A stretch of DNA of 62,048 nt, filler included, from Vannella sp. (taxonomy: Eukaryota): the NCBI GenBank assembly GCA_023345925.1. It is 5 parts of 5 records of this genome, joined end to end, with 100 filler letters (N's around TTAATTAATTAA, not from the genome) between each part and the next. Parts side by side here need not be neighbours in the genome. Positions count along the whole stretch, not along the records: positions 41,395 to 51,480 come from JAJQQN010000198.1; positions 51,581 to 62,048 come from JAJQQN010000342.1; 3 more parts are not named here. One strand, 5' to 3'. Below are positions 45,001-55,171 of this stretch, piece by piece. The translations under genes and the position numbers were made by a program. Each line of letters begins with the position of its first letter. Positions within the stretch are counted from its first letter, which is position 1. Under the pieces are notes generated by a model. That model saw only the letters and a program-made list of their open reading frames with translations. It was not told the DNA's origin and did not search any database.

Positions 45001-48000
45001 GCAGAATAGTCATGGCCACAGCGAAAACGCGCGAAAACGAGAATCTGGTGTTATCACTCCGAATGGCTTTGAGTTGGCCGTTGCTGTCCAAACTGTAAAG
45101 ATTCATTACCATCCTTGTTGCGCCTTCCAAAGTAATGCGAAGTTCCGGATAAGACTCTTCCAGCACATATCGGAAGAAGGTTGGGTCAGGGTTAAAAGTA
45201 ACACTCGAAAAGCCCAGATCCGCAGCAGTGAAGAAGGATTGGCTGTAATCGTAAAAGCGTCCGATTTGTCTGTTTTTGAGGAGCGGTGCAGTGTCCGACC
45301 GGACTGAAAGCTCAGTGAATGGCCCTTCGTGAATTTGAATCTCGAAAGTACCCTCGCCTTGAACGGCAATGAAGATCTCTTGCCCTGCAATGAGTCCTTC
45401 GATTCTCGCGATCACGTACGACCAGGATTGGCACACCAAAGCTCCGCAAGTTCCGTTGAAGACTGAGACAGGAAGAAGATTGCTATAATCGTTCACCGCC
45501 GAAATGGCCAAAGGAAGAGAGCTGTTTGCCTTGTATCGGAACATCACTGCGGCTCCGTTCGGGACAAGACCATTAATTGGACAAACGCTGATGTTGCTCA
45601 TCTCCAGACTGCGAGTGAATCCAGACACAGATGCCAAGTGCTCTTGGTACGGAATGCCCAATGACAAGGACTTTGCGAGAGTGCACAAGTCTGGCACTTC
45701 TTGCTCCAAATACTCGTCAATCTCGATCTCAAACGTGGCCATTCCTTGAGTTTTGGTGCCCATGTCGTAGACGCCAATGAGAAGCTCAGTGCCTGCAGAA
45801 AGCGACTTGTTAAAGTATGGGGCAGTGTTGATCACAGGAGCCTGAATGCAAGTGGCTTTGCACCCATTTCTGAAATGGAGGCTGACAGGGAAGCTTCTCA
45901 CATTATCCGCGTTCGAAGAACTGATGACTGAAATGTACAAGGTGCTGTTGGTTATCGTTGTGTTATACGAGAACAGTAGCGCTCTGAAAGAAGCCGTACA
46001 ATTGATCAGCATGTCGATTCCCAGACGCTGGGACAAGCGGAAGTCACCGAGAGCAGGTTGATTTGCCTGAAGAACAACAGCATTCTCGCATCGATCATTT
46101 GTGTCCACAACTCTGCTTACTAATAAGCTGAAAGCGCCTCTTTCTTCAATGGTCAGGCCAGAGACGGCCACAAAAAGTTCCGTCTCCACTTCTGTTGGTA
46201 AACTCACAAACCCTCGCAAGCCAAACTTACAAGACCCTAAAAAGGGGTCCAACTGGAGCGAAAGACACTTTCGATTAAGACAGGACCCAGTGAAGGCAGA
46301 CACTTGCGTTGCAAACTCAGTCACGGGAGAGCAGGTGCTGATCTCTGTTCGGCCTTCTCCAAGATAGCGGAAGAACATCACAGAACCGAATCCGTCCGCC
46401 ACACAAGGCTGGTCCTTGATAACTCCAAAGAACTGCCGACTGCTGTTGCCACCGATGGGAAGCGCGTGGTGAACTAACTCCGCTCGAGAGCAAATGTCAT
46501 TGTCTTCCGGAATTGGGACTTCTTCGATGAAGAGCGATCCTCCACTGACGTAGATATCCCGGTTGGCAATCAAGCGATCATGCACGATGATGATAAGCAG
46601 TCGGTCAAACCGAGTGAGTCCTTCCAACACGGTGTGGCCGCCGGCCACATTCCCGGCGCATTCAAATCCGTTCTCTCTTTCAAAGAATAGAGCAGCAACG
46701 GCCTGATTATCAGTGAGCGTGATCTTGACTTGTTGATAATCAAGTTGGGGCGAGAAACCAAACATTTGCTGAATGTGAGGGAAGCCCAAAACGCAGTCCC
46801 CTGGGAGACCAACATCTGCCAGAGTCTGGGTAGGATACCTCTGCAAAAGGTCCAATTGCTGTCCTGAGAGCACAGGAGTTGAGACTTCGAAGAGGGTCTT
46901 CTTATCCACTCTGACAGAAAAGGATCCAATGCTTTCAGGTTCGTCGTCTGAAGAGACCACAAGCACGAAATCTTTTGTTGACGCCGTTATAGTGGAGCAA
47001 CCAGAAACGGGAGAAGAGGGATTTGTGAGGCAAGTCTGGCAATTTGAAGACGTCAACCAGATGGTTCTCTTGACCAAGCCACACACCTCCACTTGTACAT
47101 TAGAAATCAGTGAGCCACTGTAATTGAATGTCTGCGTGTATCTCTGGCTATTGAAGCAAGTAAACGCCCGAGTCCAAGCTTCACCTGTGTCTCCGAAAGT
47201 GACTTTTCGGTTGATCAGGGGCAAGGCATTGGAGCAATCTGTGTTCTTTCCACGAGGTTTTGTTGTAGTATTGAGTGCAAATGTTCCTTTAGCGTTCTCA
47301 AACCCATACACAGCCAACGTCAGGACAGTGCCTGGGAGATACTTGCTTAAACGGAGTTCCAAAGATGTGGCAGTACCACAGTTAGGCGAGTCATCTTTCT
47401 CCCTAAGGCATGTAAGGCCATCGCATCCTCCCTTAAACAGAGCAAGATAAGTATCAAAGCTGGCTGCCCCACAGGTGCTGAAAGATACTGATGCTGTGTC
47501 GTTGGGGACTGTAAACTTGAAGAACACAACCGGGGATTCGAAAGGAAATCCACAGATAGGCAGTCTAGAGGCCAGAACACTAGAGGAGCGGGTATCACCA
47601 TTAATCACTGAACCTGGAAAGACCTCATTTGCAAGAGAACATGATTCGTTGAGACCAATCGGTGCAGGCTTCACTAGGATTTGGAAATCAACATACGACA
47701 GCAACACAGTGTTTGGCATAGCCACGGCTATCGTAAACTGGGCAGTCACCGGGGAGGTTGAGATCAAGAGCGGTTGTGAGCAATCTGTGAACCCAGATTG
47801 CATGCAGACAGAAGAGTTGTACACAAGTACAGACACATTTGCACTGTTGTGAAGGCCGCATGTGTCAACGAGATAAGACCCCACTTGAGGAGGAAGAGTT
47901 ATTTGATAGAATTCAGCTCGCCAGGTGGAATTGCTTTGCTCACATCCATTACCCAACTCATTCGACCATGTTCTGGAGATTGTCCCATCTGCAACCGTTC

Positions 48001-50899
48001 CCAAAAGCAGGGGCTTTGGACTCAATAAGGAGGATCCGAAGGGGGAACTCTCCTTGATGGTGAGAATGAATTGTGTGGAAGTTTCAGTCGTTTGCGCTCC
48101 AATAAACAGTGTTGAACCTATCGGATGGGTGCTGTTCACGATATAGACCAATCGCCCTTGAAAACCACACCCATCAAGATTAGATCCTAGTCGAACGAGT
48201 GCACTGCAGGGTCCAGAGAACAGAGCGACAGAAGTTCTTCTTGTAGAGCGATCGCACGTACTAATGTCCAGCAAGTAGTTCTGACCAGTCACTACATAGG
48301 AGAAGAACTGGATTGGTGAATTCTGGAGCATAGTGGCAGCATCATAGGGAATAGGTAGGTTAACCAAAAGATTGGTACCAACGGACAATACTCTACGAGG
48401 CTGGCCTGCGACGATAGCTGTTGAGTTTTGGCACGGGAACAGGTCCTTTTCTACTCCTTCGACCTGATAGCTGCTCGCATACTCTGACACTTGCAGCAGG
48501 AACGGTCCATTTTGTGAGACTGGACTGACCACAAGATAAAGGGTTGTTCCTTTGGGGAATTCAATGCGCGAGCTTTCAATGTGGATTTCTTTCTGTGACT
48601 GGCAATTGGTGGAAAAGGTTGTTTGGAATCTGCTAGTCAGTTGCCCGCATGTTCCAGTGAAGATGAACACTTCCACAAGAGTTGGGGACCCACATGCCGT
48701 GACATGAAAGCCGGGCAATCCCTCGGCTTGATATTGGTACACAGCAACTCTTCCTGGGAGAGAGAATTCTGCCCCAGAATTGAGCGGGGATGCCAAAGTA
48801 TCACCCGTCACTGGGGCGCCATTGAAGATAGGAAAGGCACTACTGCAGTTGTACCTCGTCTCTTGAACCGGAGAGTTTTGAACTATTAGGTCAGCAACAC
48901 CTTTTGTCAAGACAGCAATATGAATGGGGGTATTGGGGACAAGTCCCTCCAATAGGGCCATGCATGAGATGATCTTGGAGTAACAAGTCAGCATACTGCA
49001 GTTTCCCTCATACACTGCTATCCGTGCAGTCACTGAGCGAAATGCGGTAGAATCACAAGCACTAACAATCACTCGATCAGACTGAGGAACGAACTTGAAA
49101 AGAGTGGCAACAGTGCTGGTCTGGCCAGTAGCAGAGGTGCTGATATTGCACACAGGAAGGTTGAAAGATTGAAGAGTTCTAGTGCCAACAGGGCGTAAGA
49201 TTCGCGTATTGGGAGCTATAACAGGTACGTTGTCGCAAGGTGAGGCACCCAAAGGGCGCTCTTCCAATTGGACTTCAATAAGTGTGCTACCGAATGTACC
49301 TATAACAAAAACCAGATATTCACTTCCAGCGGAAGATGATGTCACTTCAATCGAGGAGCCAGTCCAGCAACCTACTAGTTCTGATCCTCGAGGTTGTGAA
49401 GTGCATCCTTTCCTGATTCCTAGTACTGGCTGGCCTGCAACGCTACTTCGACAAAGCGAGCCCACAATTGAGCTTGAGGAGAGAGTCGTTACAAACCGAT
49501 ACCAAAGCACTTTTTGCACAGAATCGGTCGGGAACAGCCGCATGTCCCCACGCACAGGAATTCCACTCAGGATAGGGAGCGCCTGAGAGCATTGACTATT
49601 TACTGGTGTCTGAGGGATTGGGGATACAAAGAGAGTACCATACCCTCTAAAGTTGGTGGGACTGAACGTTGCGATGATCAGTTCCGTCCCAGGAGCCAGG
49701 GAGGTGACGTCCACGTATTGGCCAGAAGAAGGGCATTTCTTCGGACTCGCAAGAGCAAAGCATTCCAACGCCTTGCAACTTCCGTTGAACACGACCAAAG
49801 AGGAGCCAAAACTACTTCCTGAGTCGAGGATGAGCCTGTCGCAAGCAGAGAACCGAGTTGGGCCGTTGACGGTGTATCGAAAGTAATAGGCTCCACCGCC
49901 TCCGAAACTAGCGCATGGTAGAGCTTTGGAGAAGTTACCTTGGAATGGTGGTGACGGTGCAAAGAGATAAACAGCTCCTAGAGTCATGGTAACGGCGCTT
50001 TCACAGTCCAAATTGGTCATGGGGACGACTTCCAGGAAGGAAACTGTACCGCTGTAAACCGCAGGACCAAGAGGCCTTTTGATGAGAAGCACCACCAAGA
50101 GTTCCTCCCCTTGCGGAAAGGTATACTGAGGTAGTCTGACGATCGATTGAGAGCTCTCCATCCTGAAGAACAGTTTGGTACAAATGAATTGATTACATCC
50201 ATTGGTCTGGTAGAAGGCAATTGCTGCAGGATACTCGCTTGAGGAGAAAGGTTGAATGTAGATCTCTTTGTGGTTCTCTCTGACGAAGTAACGTCCAACA
50301 GCAATAACGTGGTCAAACTCAGGGTCACAGCTTGGCAATGCATAAGCATTAACCGGGAGCACAGTACCATAGAACTGGCTGGCGGAAGCACCCTTCATGC
50401 TGGGAGGATAAAAGGAGGACTCACAAATCGAAGACTCATCCGCTCTGATGGTGAGGGTCCGGTCCCCAACTCCTGAGGACGTCACTATGAACACGAAGAC
50501 ATCGTTTGCAGACTTGAGACTGATCCTTGCCATGGATGCGCTAGGATAACCAAAGGAGACGCTAGAAAGGCCAAGACATCCGCGCTGGTTGCAACTGCTT
50601 CCAACTGCAAAAACTGACACAGTGATAGGTCCAGAAGCATTGATGGACACACGTAGAGGTAGACCTGGATGGGGGCTAATGGTACCATCATAGAGGAAGA
50701 ATGCAGCAGGAAGGCTCGGAGGCCCCATGTTGAACATGCAAGAGGACGTGAAGAAGAGCAAAGAAGCAGGGAGTGGGCTCGATTGACCAATTGAGCCATT
50801 TCGTTCGTTGCCCAATCCGAAGGGAATAAACTGCGGGTCTTGACAGCTCTGCGAGTGTGCTCCTAGGAAAAGGAGCGACAGAACAACGAGGACGCGCAT
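42023..50899 (-). CDS. Giant single-pass surface protein: tandem Cys-containing domains, S/T/P stalk, N/G repeat, GAIN/GPS, one TM
   Basis: Signal MRVLVVLSLLFLGAHS; repeats N..C..A..I..G / STC...FDT.LA.F.G.C..L.C; GPS CLSYFD...W.C...CGQTDHLTNFALLL; TM; ~22-aa tail; uninterrupted ORF. Confidence 0.88.
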   Translation of the reverse strand: MRVLVVLSLLFLGAHSQSCQDPQFIPFGLGNERNGSIGQSSPLPASLLFFTSSCMFNMGPPSLPAAFFLYDGTISPHPGLPLRVSINASGPITVSVFAVGSSCNQRGCLGLSSVSFGYPSASMARISLKSANDVFVFIVTSSGVGDRTLTIRADESSICESSFYPPSMKGASASQFYGTVLPVNAYALPSCDPEFDHVIAVGRYFVRENHKEIYIQPFSSSEYPAAIAFYQTNGCNQFICTKLFFRMESSQSIVRLPQYTFPQGEELLVVLLIKRPLGPAVYSGTVSFLEVVPMTNLDCESAVTMTLGAVYLFAPSPPFQGNFSKALPCASFGGGGAYYFRYTVNGPTRFSACDRLILDSGSSFGSSLVVFNGSCKALECFALASPKKCPSSGQYVDVTSLAPGTELIIATFSPTNFRGYGTLFVSPIPQTPVNSQCSQALPILSGIPVRGDMRLFPTDSVQKVLWYRFVTTLSSSSIVGSLCRSSVAGQPVLGIRKGCTSQPRGSELVGCWTGSSIEVTSSSAGSEYLVFVIGTFGSTLIEVQLEERPLGASPCDNVPVIAPNTRILRPVGTRTLQSFNLPVCNISTSATGQTSTVATLFKFVPQSDRVIVSACDSTAFRSVTARIAVYEGNCSMLTCYSKIISCMALLEGLVPNTPIHIAVLTKGVADLIVQNSPVQETRYNCSSAFPIFNGAPVTGDTLASPLNSGAEFSLPGRVAVYQYQAEGLPGFHVTACGSPTLVEVFIFTGTCGQLTSRFQTTFSTNCQSQKEIHIESSRIEFPKGTTLYLVVSPVSQNGPFLLQVSEYASSYQVEGVEKDLFPCQNSTAIVAGQPRRVLSVGTNLLVNLPIPYDAATMLQNSPIQFFSYVVTGQNYLLDISTCDRSTRRTSVALFSGPCSALVRLGSNLDGCGFQGRLVYIVNSTHPIGSTLFIGAQTTETSTQFILTIKESSPFGSSLLSPKPLLLGTVADGTISRTWSNELGNGCEQSNSTWRAEFYQITLPPQVGSYLVDTCGLHNSANVSVLVYNSSVCMQSGFTDCSQPLLISTSPVTAQFTIAVAMPNTVLLSYVDFQILVKPAPIGLNESCSLANEVFPGSVINGDTRSSSVLASRLPICGFPFESPVVFFKFTVPNDTASVSFSTCGAASFDTYLALFKGGCDGLTCLREKDDSPNCGTATSLELRLSKYLPGTVLTLAVYGFENAKGTFALNTTTKPRGKNTDCSNALPLINRKVTFGDTGEAWTRAFTCFNSQRYTQTFNYSGSLISNVQVEVCGLVKRTIWLTSSNCQTCLTNPSSPVSGCSTITASTKDFVLVVSSDDEPESIGSFSVRVDKKTLFEVSTPVLSGQQLDLLQRYPTQTLADVGLPGDCVLGFPHIQQMFGFSPQLDYQQVKITLTDNQAVAALFFERENGFECAGNVAGGHTVLEGLTRFDRLLIIIVHDRLIANRDIYVSGGSLFIEEVPIPEDNDICSRAELVHHALPIGGNSSRQFFGVIKDQPCVADGFGSVMFFRYLGEGRTEISTCSPVTEFATQVSAFTGSCLNRKCLSLQLDPFLGSCKFGLRGFVSLPTEVETELFVAVSGLTIEERGAFSLLVSRVVDTNDRCENAVVLQANQPALGDFRLSQRLGIDMLINCTASFRALLFSYNTTITNSTLYISVISSSNADNVRSFPVSLHFRNGCKATCIQAPVINTAPYFNKSLSAGTELLIGVYDMGTKTQGMATFEIEIDEYLEQEVPDLCTLAKSLSLGIPYQEHLASVSGFTRSLEMSNISVCPINGLVPNGAAVMFRYKANSSLPLAISAVNDYSNLLPVSVFNGTCGALVCQSWSYVIARIEGLIAGQEIFIAVQGEGTFEIQIHEGPFTELSVRSDTAPLLKNRQIGRFYDYSQSFFTAADLGFSSVTFNPDPTFFRYVLEESYPELRITLEGATRMVMNLYSLDSNGQLKAIRSDNTRFSFSRVFAVAMTILRERDFRGNPTQKLLKGMELLVVVGSSPPPTSPYYILVQELVSDYYYEGNIAPKLPTLTTSIPIANGDTFVGSAMGKKLLMNSGLPICRLQFELQPVQLFTFTRENLNSTLLFSTCSNTKTTGQTVLAVYGVKNNQITCLASDNAACLGRGEVQLFPSELDPAITTLYVAVQAVNSLLTVPASNYYSAFAFVYDNSDTFAEWFSLSVEEFDPAQRNPFSQRMVNGKVLPLFINPLASTNTSSTFGLPPCGSQGLDLPAEYGYFVTNITDSQPLFSTCEQDTDLDTFMAVWKKTGGNWECHLVQETEGCSFLTTPTRQPFGTEFMVAVRSANAKSGRVHLRAKESAPPAANAQCSSAQPLTVGQVTPGRTTSSTTNSRSLPQCDQLNHNSPVVFYNITIPGGRDGPLVVTTDLPSSPPSFDTILWLFEGSCGNLSCLVAQDDVLPQRGSSLTYSSNFQSDTVLTLAVFGYDVGEGDFSVLLQSLPSVSSSPSPSITLTSSITPTSSQSPSVSPSQTPSESTSVSNTPSSSASESVSLSVTPSLTIGASPSSTNSDSSTPSPSVTPSPSSSATESVSPSVTASLTIGVSPSATNSDSNTPSPSSSDSNTPSSSSSDSNTPSPSDTPSLSLRVSLSSSASTQPSLSASAAASISESNLPSPSEEPSPSSSPSAEESLSASTTDLASESPTSTDSIPMESSVTSSSPTPLIVPSPTVTLVSVLGQLATECTDCQFFQVVVGNINNVNNNNNGGGDNNNGGGENNNGGGDNNNGGGNNNNGGGENNNGGGDGNNDKPKPVLLELNTSNGESAGSLFVPPQLSTEENTTLVITFSTNVPETFSNQELGGTILDITLTDSEGEPITQLDTPLVICLELPNNTKIDKANPPCLSYFDERKAKWRCVDECLTNPGKDSLLCGQTDHLTNFALLLSGAAGGSGSDPCHSVSHDNTLAWISLGMVAGAVLIVALSVVVVEFRARWQVRRLNSAIDARMKTGTSL
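42645..42790 (-). repeat. Coding 21-nt tandem repeat encoding NNNGGG(D/E/N)
   Basis: Repeated CCGCCTCCGTTGTTGTT units on the + strand. Confidence 0.9.
43140..43450 (-). repeat. Coding Ser/Thr/Pro repeats (SDSNTPSPSS; SVTPSLTIGASPSSTNSDS duplicated)
   Basis: Recurring GAAGGAGTGTTGGAGTC(C/T)GA units and a larger duplicated block. Confidence 0.8.
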
Positions 50900-51357
50900 G
50901 AACCGAGCGGCCGCTTGGAGAAAGAATGAATACAGAGGTGATCGTAATGAAGCAATTCCCACAGATCGAAATCGATTCAATGAACAATGAAAGCGAAATC
51001 GAAGAGCCAATCATTGATCACCTTTTTGTCCAATCAGAGCCAGGGATGTTTTGTTTTCCCTGTATTGGTCTCAACCCTTGTAATAATTATAAAAAGATTC
51101 CATTTATTAATGTCGCAATTGAATGGCAAGGAAAGAGGAGCCCCCAACAACGAGTCCGTTTGTGGTGAAAGAGGGATGGTTGACGAAGCAAGGGGGACAG
51201 GACAAGACGTGGAGGAAACGCTGGTTCGTGTTGAGGTAACAATCACATCGCTCACCACAAGCACCCAAGAAAGAGCCGTTGGCACGCATTTCTCTCTCCT
51301 TGTCAGCTCTGCTTCTCCTGCACCCAACTGGGGCAACAAGGAAAGAAGAGGAGTCAT

Positions 51358-51480
51358 CTACGCGTCAACATAGCGGATGGGAGGACTGGTGGTGCCTTCC
51401 TTATCGTTGAGAGGGACGGTGAGTGAACTTTCCCTCTTCCTTTGCCCGTTCTCACCCCTTTTGAAGACGAAAAGATACAC
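51358..51480 (-). CDS. Probable 3' end of a membrane protein (TM end and cytosolic tail), cut by gap
   Basis: VYLFVFKRGENGQRKRESSLTVPLNDKEG...YVDA*. Confidence 0.35.
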   Translation of the reverse strand: MYLFVFKRGENGQRKRESSLTVPLNDKEGTTSPPIRYVDA

Positions 51481-51580
51481 NNNNNNNNNNNNNNNNNNNN
51501 NNNNNNNNNNNNNNNNNNNNNNNNTTAATTAATTAANNNNNNNNNNNNNNNNNNNNNNNNNNNNNNNNNNNNNNNNNNNN
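51481..51580. other. Artificial contig spacer
   Basis: N44-TTAATTAATTAA-N44. Confidence 0.98.
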
Positions 51581-53412
51581 GGTATTTGCTGGTGTCATGG
51601 CTACGACGGCAGTTGCTGAGAAAGAGGACTTCGGAGAGCACTCGGGTAATGCTTGTGAAGCGCAACAGCTGCTGGCTGTTGGTGACTTCCAAGGGGATGA
51701 CGTGAACGATTTGTGCTTCCGAAAAGGCGATGTAATCACCATGACCCGTAAGGATGGTGCTGGCTTTGGCTTTGGAACGATGGAGGATGGTGCTACCGGT
51801 TGGTTCCCTCTGCAGCATGTGGAGCTCATCCACGATAATGCTGTTGCGGAGATTGGTACCAACACCGGTGAGGTGAGGGTCTCTTTTGTCCTTCTGACTA
51901 CCTCTAAACCCATTTAGAGCGCTTTGGACGCTTTCATTAAGGAGGCGAAAGGAAGGCAGAGGGCTTCTTCCGCCTTGCCAGCAATGAAGAAGCTTCAGCA
52001 CCAAGAATCTCTTGCTCTCTTCCTGGAGACGAGGCCAATGGTCGACCAACTGGTCACCAAGAACATCCTCCCTTGTACGTTCATTCAACAGCCCTTTGCG
52101 TGTCTGACAATGTGAACTAGCCGCTGAGAGAGAAGAACAGGTCACCAATGCGCAGAAGCGCCTCTTGAAGAACCAGAAGAAGCCGAGGAGAGACCCAACC
52201 TCCCTCTGCGAGACAAACATTGCCAAAGGCTGGGCTGCCACCAACCCTTGCGATCTTACTGAGGACCAAGTCGATCGTGTACGAATCCGTCCCCTTATCG
52301 AGTAGAGAGCTAACATGGCCCAGATTGCTGTGGAGATCATTTACAAGATCCCTTTGACACGCCAGAAGAAGGGCTTCACTGGATATGACGACGTCTTCAC
52401 GGGAATGCAGTTGATTCAACATTTGCAAGCTCAAGCCGGCTCTATTGTCAGCAAGTGGGAGAGCGGGCTCTCTGGTGACGACGCCAACATTCTGGCTCTG
52501 AATCTGGTTGAGCGCCGTGTGATTGTCAACGCTCACAATCCTGAGAAGGTCTCTTTCAAGTTTAAGAACCTTTATCAGCCCACGCACCTACAGACGGAGT
52601 ACACCGTTCTCAACTTTAACAAGGTAAGTTTGCCCCTTCCCTCCTAATCTCCCACTCACACGACGTACCAGATCTGTCACAAGCCTGAGAAGCCACTGAG
52701 CGCGTATGAGGAGTCTGTCACGTACATTGGAGAGATCGTCAATGGCATGAAGAGGTATCTTCCTGATCTCGATTCTCTTCGCCAGTCACCCGAATTTCAC
52801 TGCTTTGCACTGCGCCTTTCAACACTTCAAGTGGCTGACCTTAAAGGTGCTTCTCATGATGAGCAAGCTGTCTTCTTCATCAACCTCTTCAATGCGTTGA
52901 TCCTTTACGCGCATTGTAAGTTCAAACCCCCAACCAACGCCACAGAGCGCCGCTATATGTACGAGCACTGCTTTGTGTACTTCAACGGACGTCGTTGGTC
53001 TATTCAGGAGATCGAAACAGAGGCCCTGAAGTCTGCCACAAAGGCGGATCCTCTTGTCTATCTGTGTCTTAGTGACGCCACCATGTCCACTCCAGCCACT
53101 TTCATCTTCAGTGAAGCAAACCTTTCTGACACGAAGCTCTTTGCTACTCGCCACTTCTTCCGCCGTGCGGTCAAGTTTGACGCCAACAACTACGAAGTCG
53201 AGTTCCCTCGTCTCTTCCAGCGCATCTGGAAGGACCTGAAGATGGAGAAAGAGGATCTCATTGCCCTCTTCAAGCCCTACATGGCCGGCGCCAACCGAGA
53301 AGAGATCACCAAGATGCAAGAGCTCAACCAAAAGATTGAAGTCAAATTCGCCGCTTATTCCTTCCAGCCCTCTTACATCTTTGAAGAGACTTCTCCTCTC
53401 TCCCCTCGTTAA
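51581..53412 (+). CDS. SH3-RPEL-DEP-DUF547 multidomain protein; spliced, 5' end possibly cut
   Basis: SH3 AVGDF..DLCFRKGDVI..GWFPLQHV; RPEL LALFLETRPMVDQLVTKNIL; DEP YDDVFTGMQLIQHL; DUF547 VFFINLFNALILYA. Confidence 0.75.
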
Positions 53413-53503
53413 ATTAACTTCCTTTTGAATTGTTGTTTGGAGGGACTGGACATCCAATCAGATTGTGCCAAATCTTTCTTTTTTTGCGTAACCGCGAACA
53501 GGG

Positions 53504-55091
53504 ATGGGTCGGAAGAAGGAAACTCCTCCCCCTCCTCCTAAGGAGCCCTTTTGGTCATTGCCGAAGGTGGCTGGTGTACTCGTCCTGTTTGTAGCTCTGC
53601 TGGTCGCAGGCTTTCAACTTGGTCAAAGTTCCCACGATCTCGTGGAAGTGAAAGTGGACGCTGAGGCTGCAGCGGTGGGGGCTACGGACCAGGGTGATGA
53701 TCCTGCAGCAGCTTTTCTGAAGTGGAGCGAAGAGATAGGAATCTATACTCCTCTGACTCTCCAGCAGTTTGGAGATATGGAGTACGGTGGAGTGGCCCAG
53801 AGTGACATCGAAGTAGGTTCACCTCTTGTCACCGTTCCATGTCCTGTTCTGATCCCACAACTAGGTTGGGGACATCCTCGTTCAGATTCCTCTCAATGCA
53901 TTGATCTATAATCAGAAGGTGTGGGATGAGCACTTCCCTGACATAGAGGTACTTTCTCCTTTCCTACGTCTTCCGTGACTCAACTTGGACCAGGATTGGG
54001 CTGGTAACCCTGCCAATGGACCCCTTTTGGTGTATCTCATCAGAGAGAGGTACAACTCCAGTTCTCCCATCAAGCCGTACCTGGATATTCTCCCAAAAGC
54101 TTACCCCACTCATCCTTTGAGCTGGAGTGAAGAGCAACTGGCGAAGAGCAAGGGCCTCACAATCGATACCAATGTCAACCGAACCAAGCATGCTCTTATT
54201 GCCGCACACGAGTACATCTATGAGAATCTCATCAAGGTAAACCATTCAGGAAGACACCATTGCAGAACCTAACAGCACCACTCCAGCCAAGAGGAGAGGA
54301 ATTTCCCAGCTTTACTTTCGAGGACTTTATGTGGGCTCACCAAGCCATTCAGACTCGGTCGTGGCATCTGCGCAAAAACTCATCCGACCCAGATTCTGAT
54401 CTTGACATAGCAATGGTGCCCTGGGCTGATATGTTGAATCATAAGCCCACCGCTCATCAGGGTCATATCGCGAAAAACAGTTTCTACTTCCAAATCCGTG
54501 CAGCAGAGAACTACTCACCAGGACAGCAAGCTTACGATTCGTATGGAGACAAGGGCAATTTGCGTCTTTTGTTGGGTTATGGCTTTGTGCTTGAAAACAA
54601 CACGCACGACTACGCTGAGATCAAGATGAGTCTCAACGATCATACCGGGTGAGTCCCCCGGTTCCCTTCAAAAGGAAAAAGGACTAATCATCGAATGAAG
54701 AACCCCAATGGAAGACATGTTCACTCTGGACCGAGATACCTATCCTGACGATCTAATGAAGTTCTTGCGACGGGCATTCTGCGAAGCGGAAGACTTGGAA
54801 GATCCTGCAAAGGTTGCAGCATTAGAAGATAACGAATCAATCTCTATCCAGAACGAGCTTTCTTCTGTCCAAATGGCCTTGGAAGCTATTAGGCAAGCAG
54901 CATACAGCATCCGTACGGATGAAAACCTGGAGGAAGTCATCCAAGACCCAGCCACCACCACCAACGACCGAAACATTGCCATTCTCCGCAAAGGACAACA
55001 AGATGTCTTCATCAGTGTCGCCAGGGCCATCAAGCTCGACTGGGAGAAGATCCAAACTTCTCGCCAACTCCGCGGCGGAAAAGAATTCTAA
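53504..55091 (+). CDS. Membrane-anchored SET/Rubisco-LSMT (SETD3-like) methyltransferase, copy 1; spliced
   Basis: N-terminal TM; AFLKW; SPIKPYLDILP; MVPWADMLNH; SYGDKGNLRLLLGYGF; LSMT substrate-binding helices. Confidence 0.87.
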
Positions 55092-55171
55092 TAACCCCTG
55101 CGAATCAGCATAAACAGAAACTTTGCTGGGAAGGGACTTTGATGCGATGGTTACGAAAATCTTTCTTTTCC

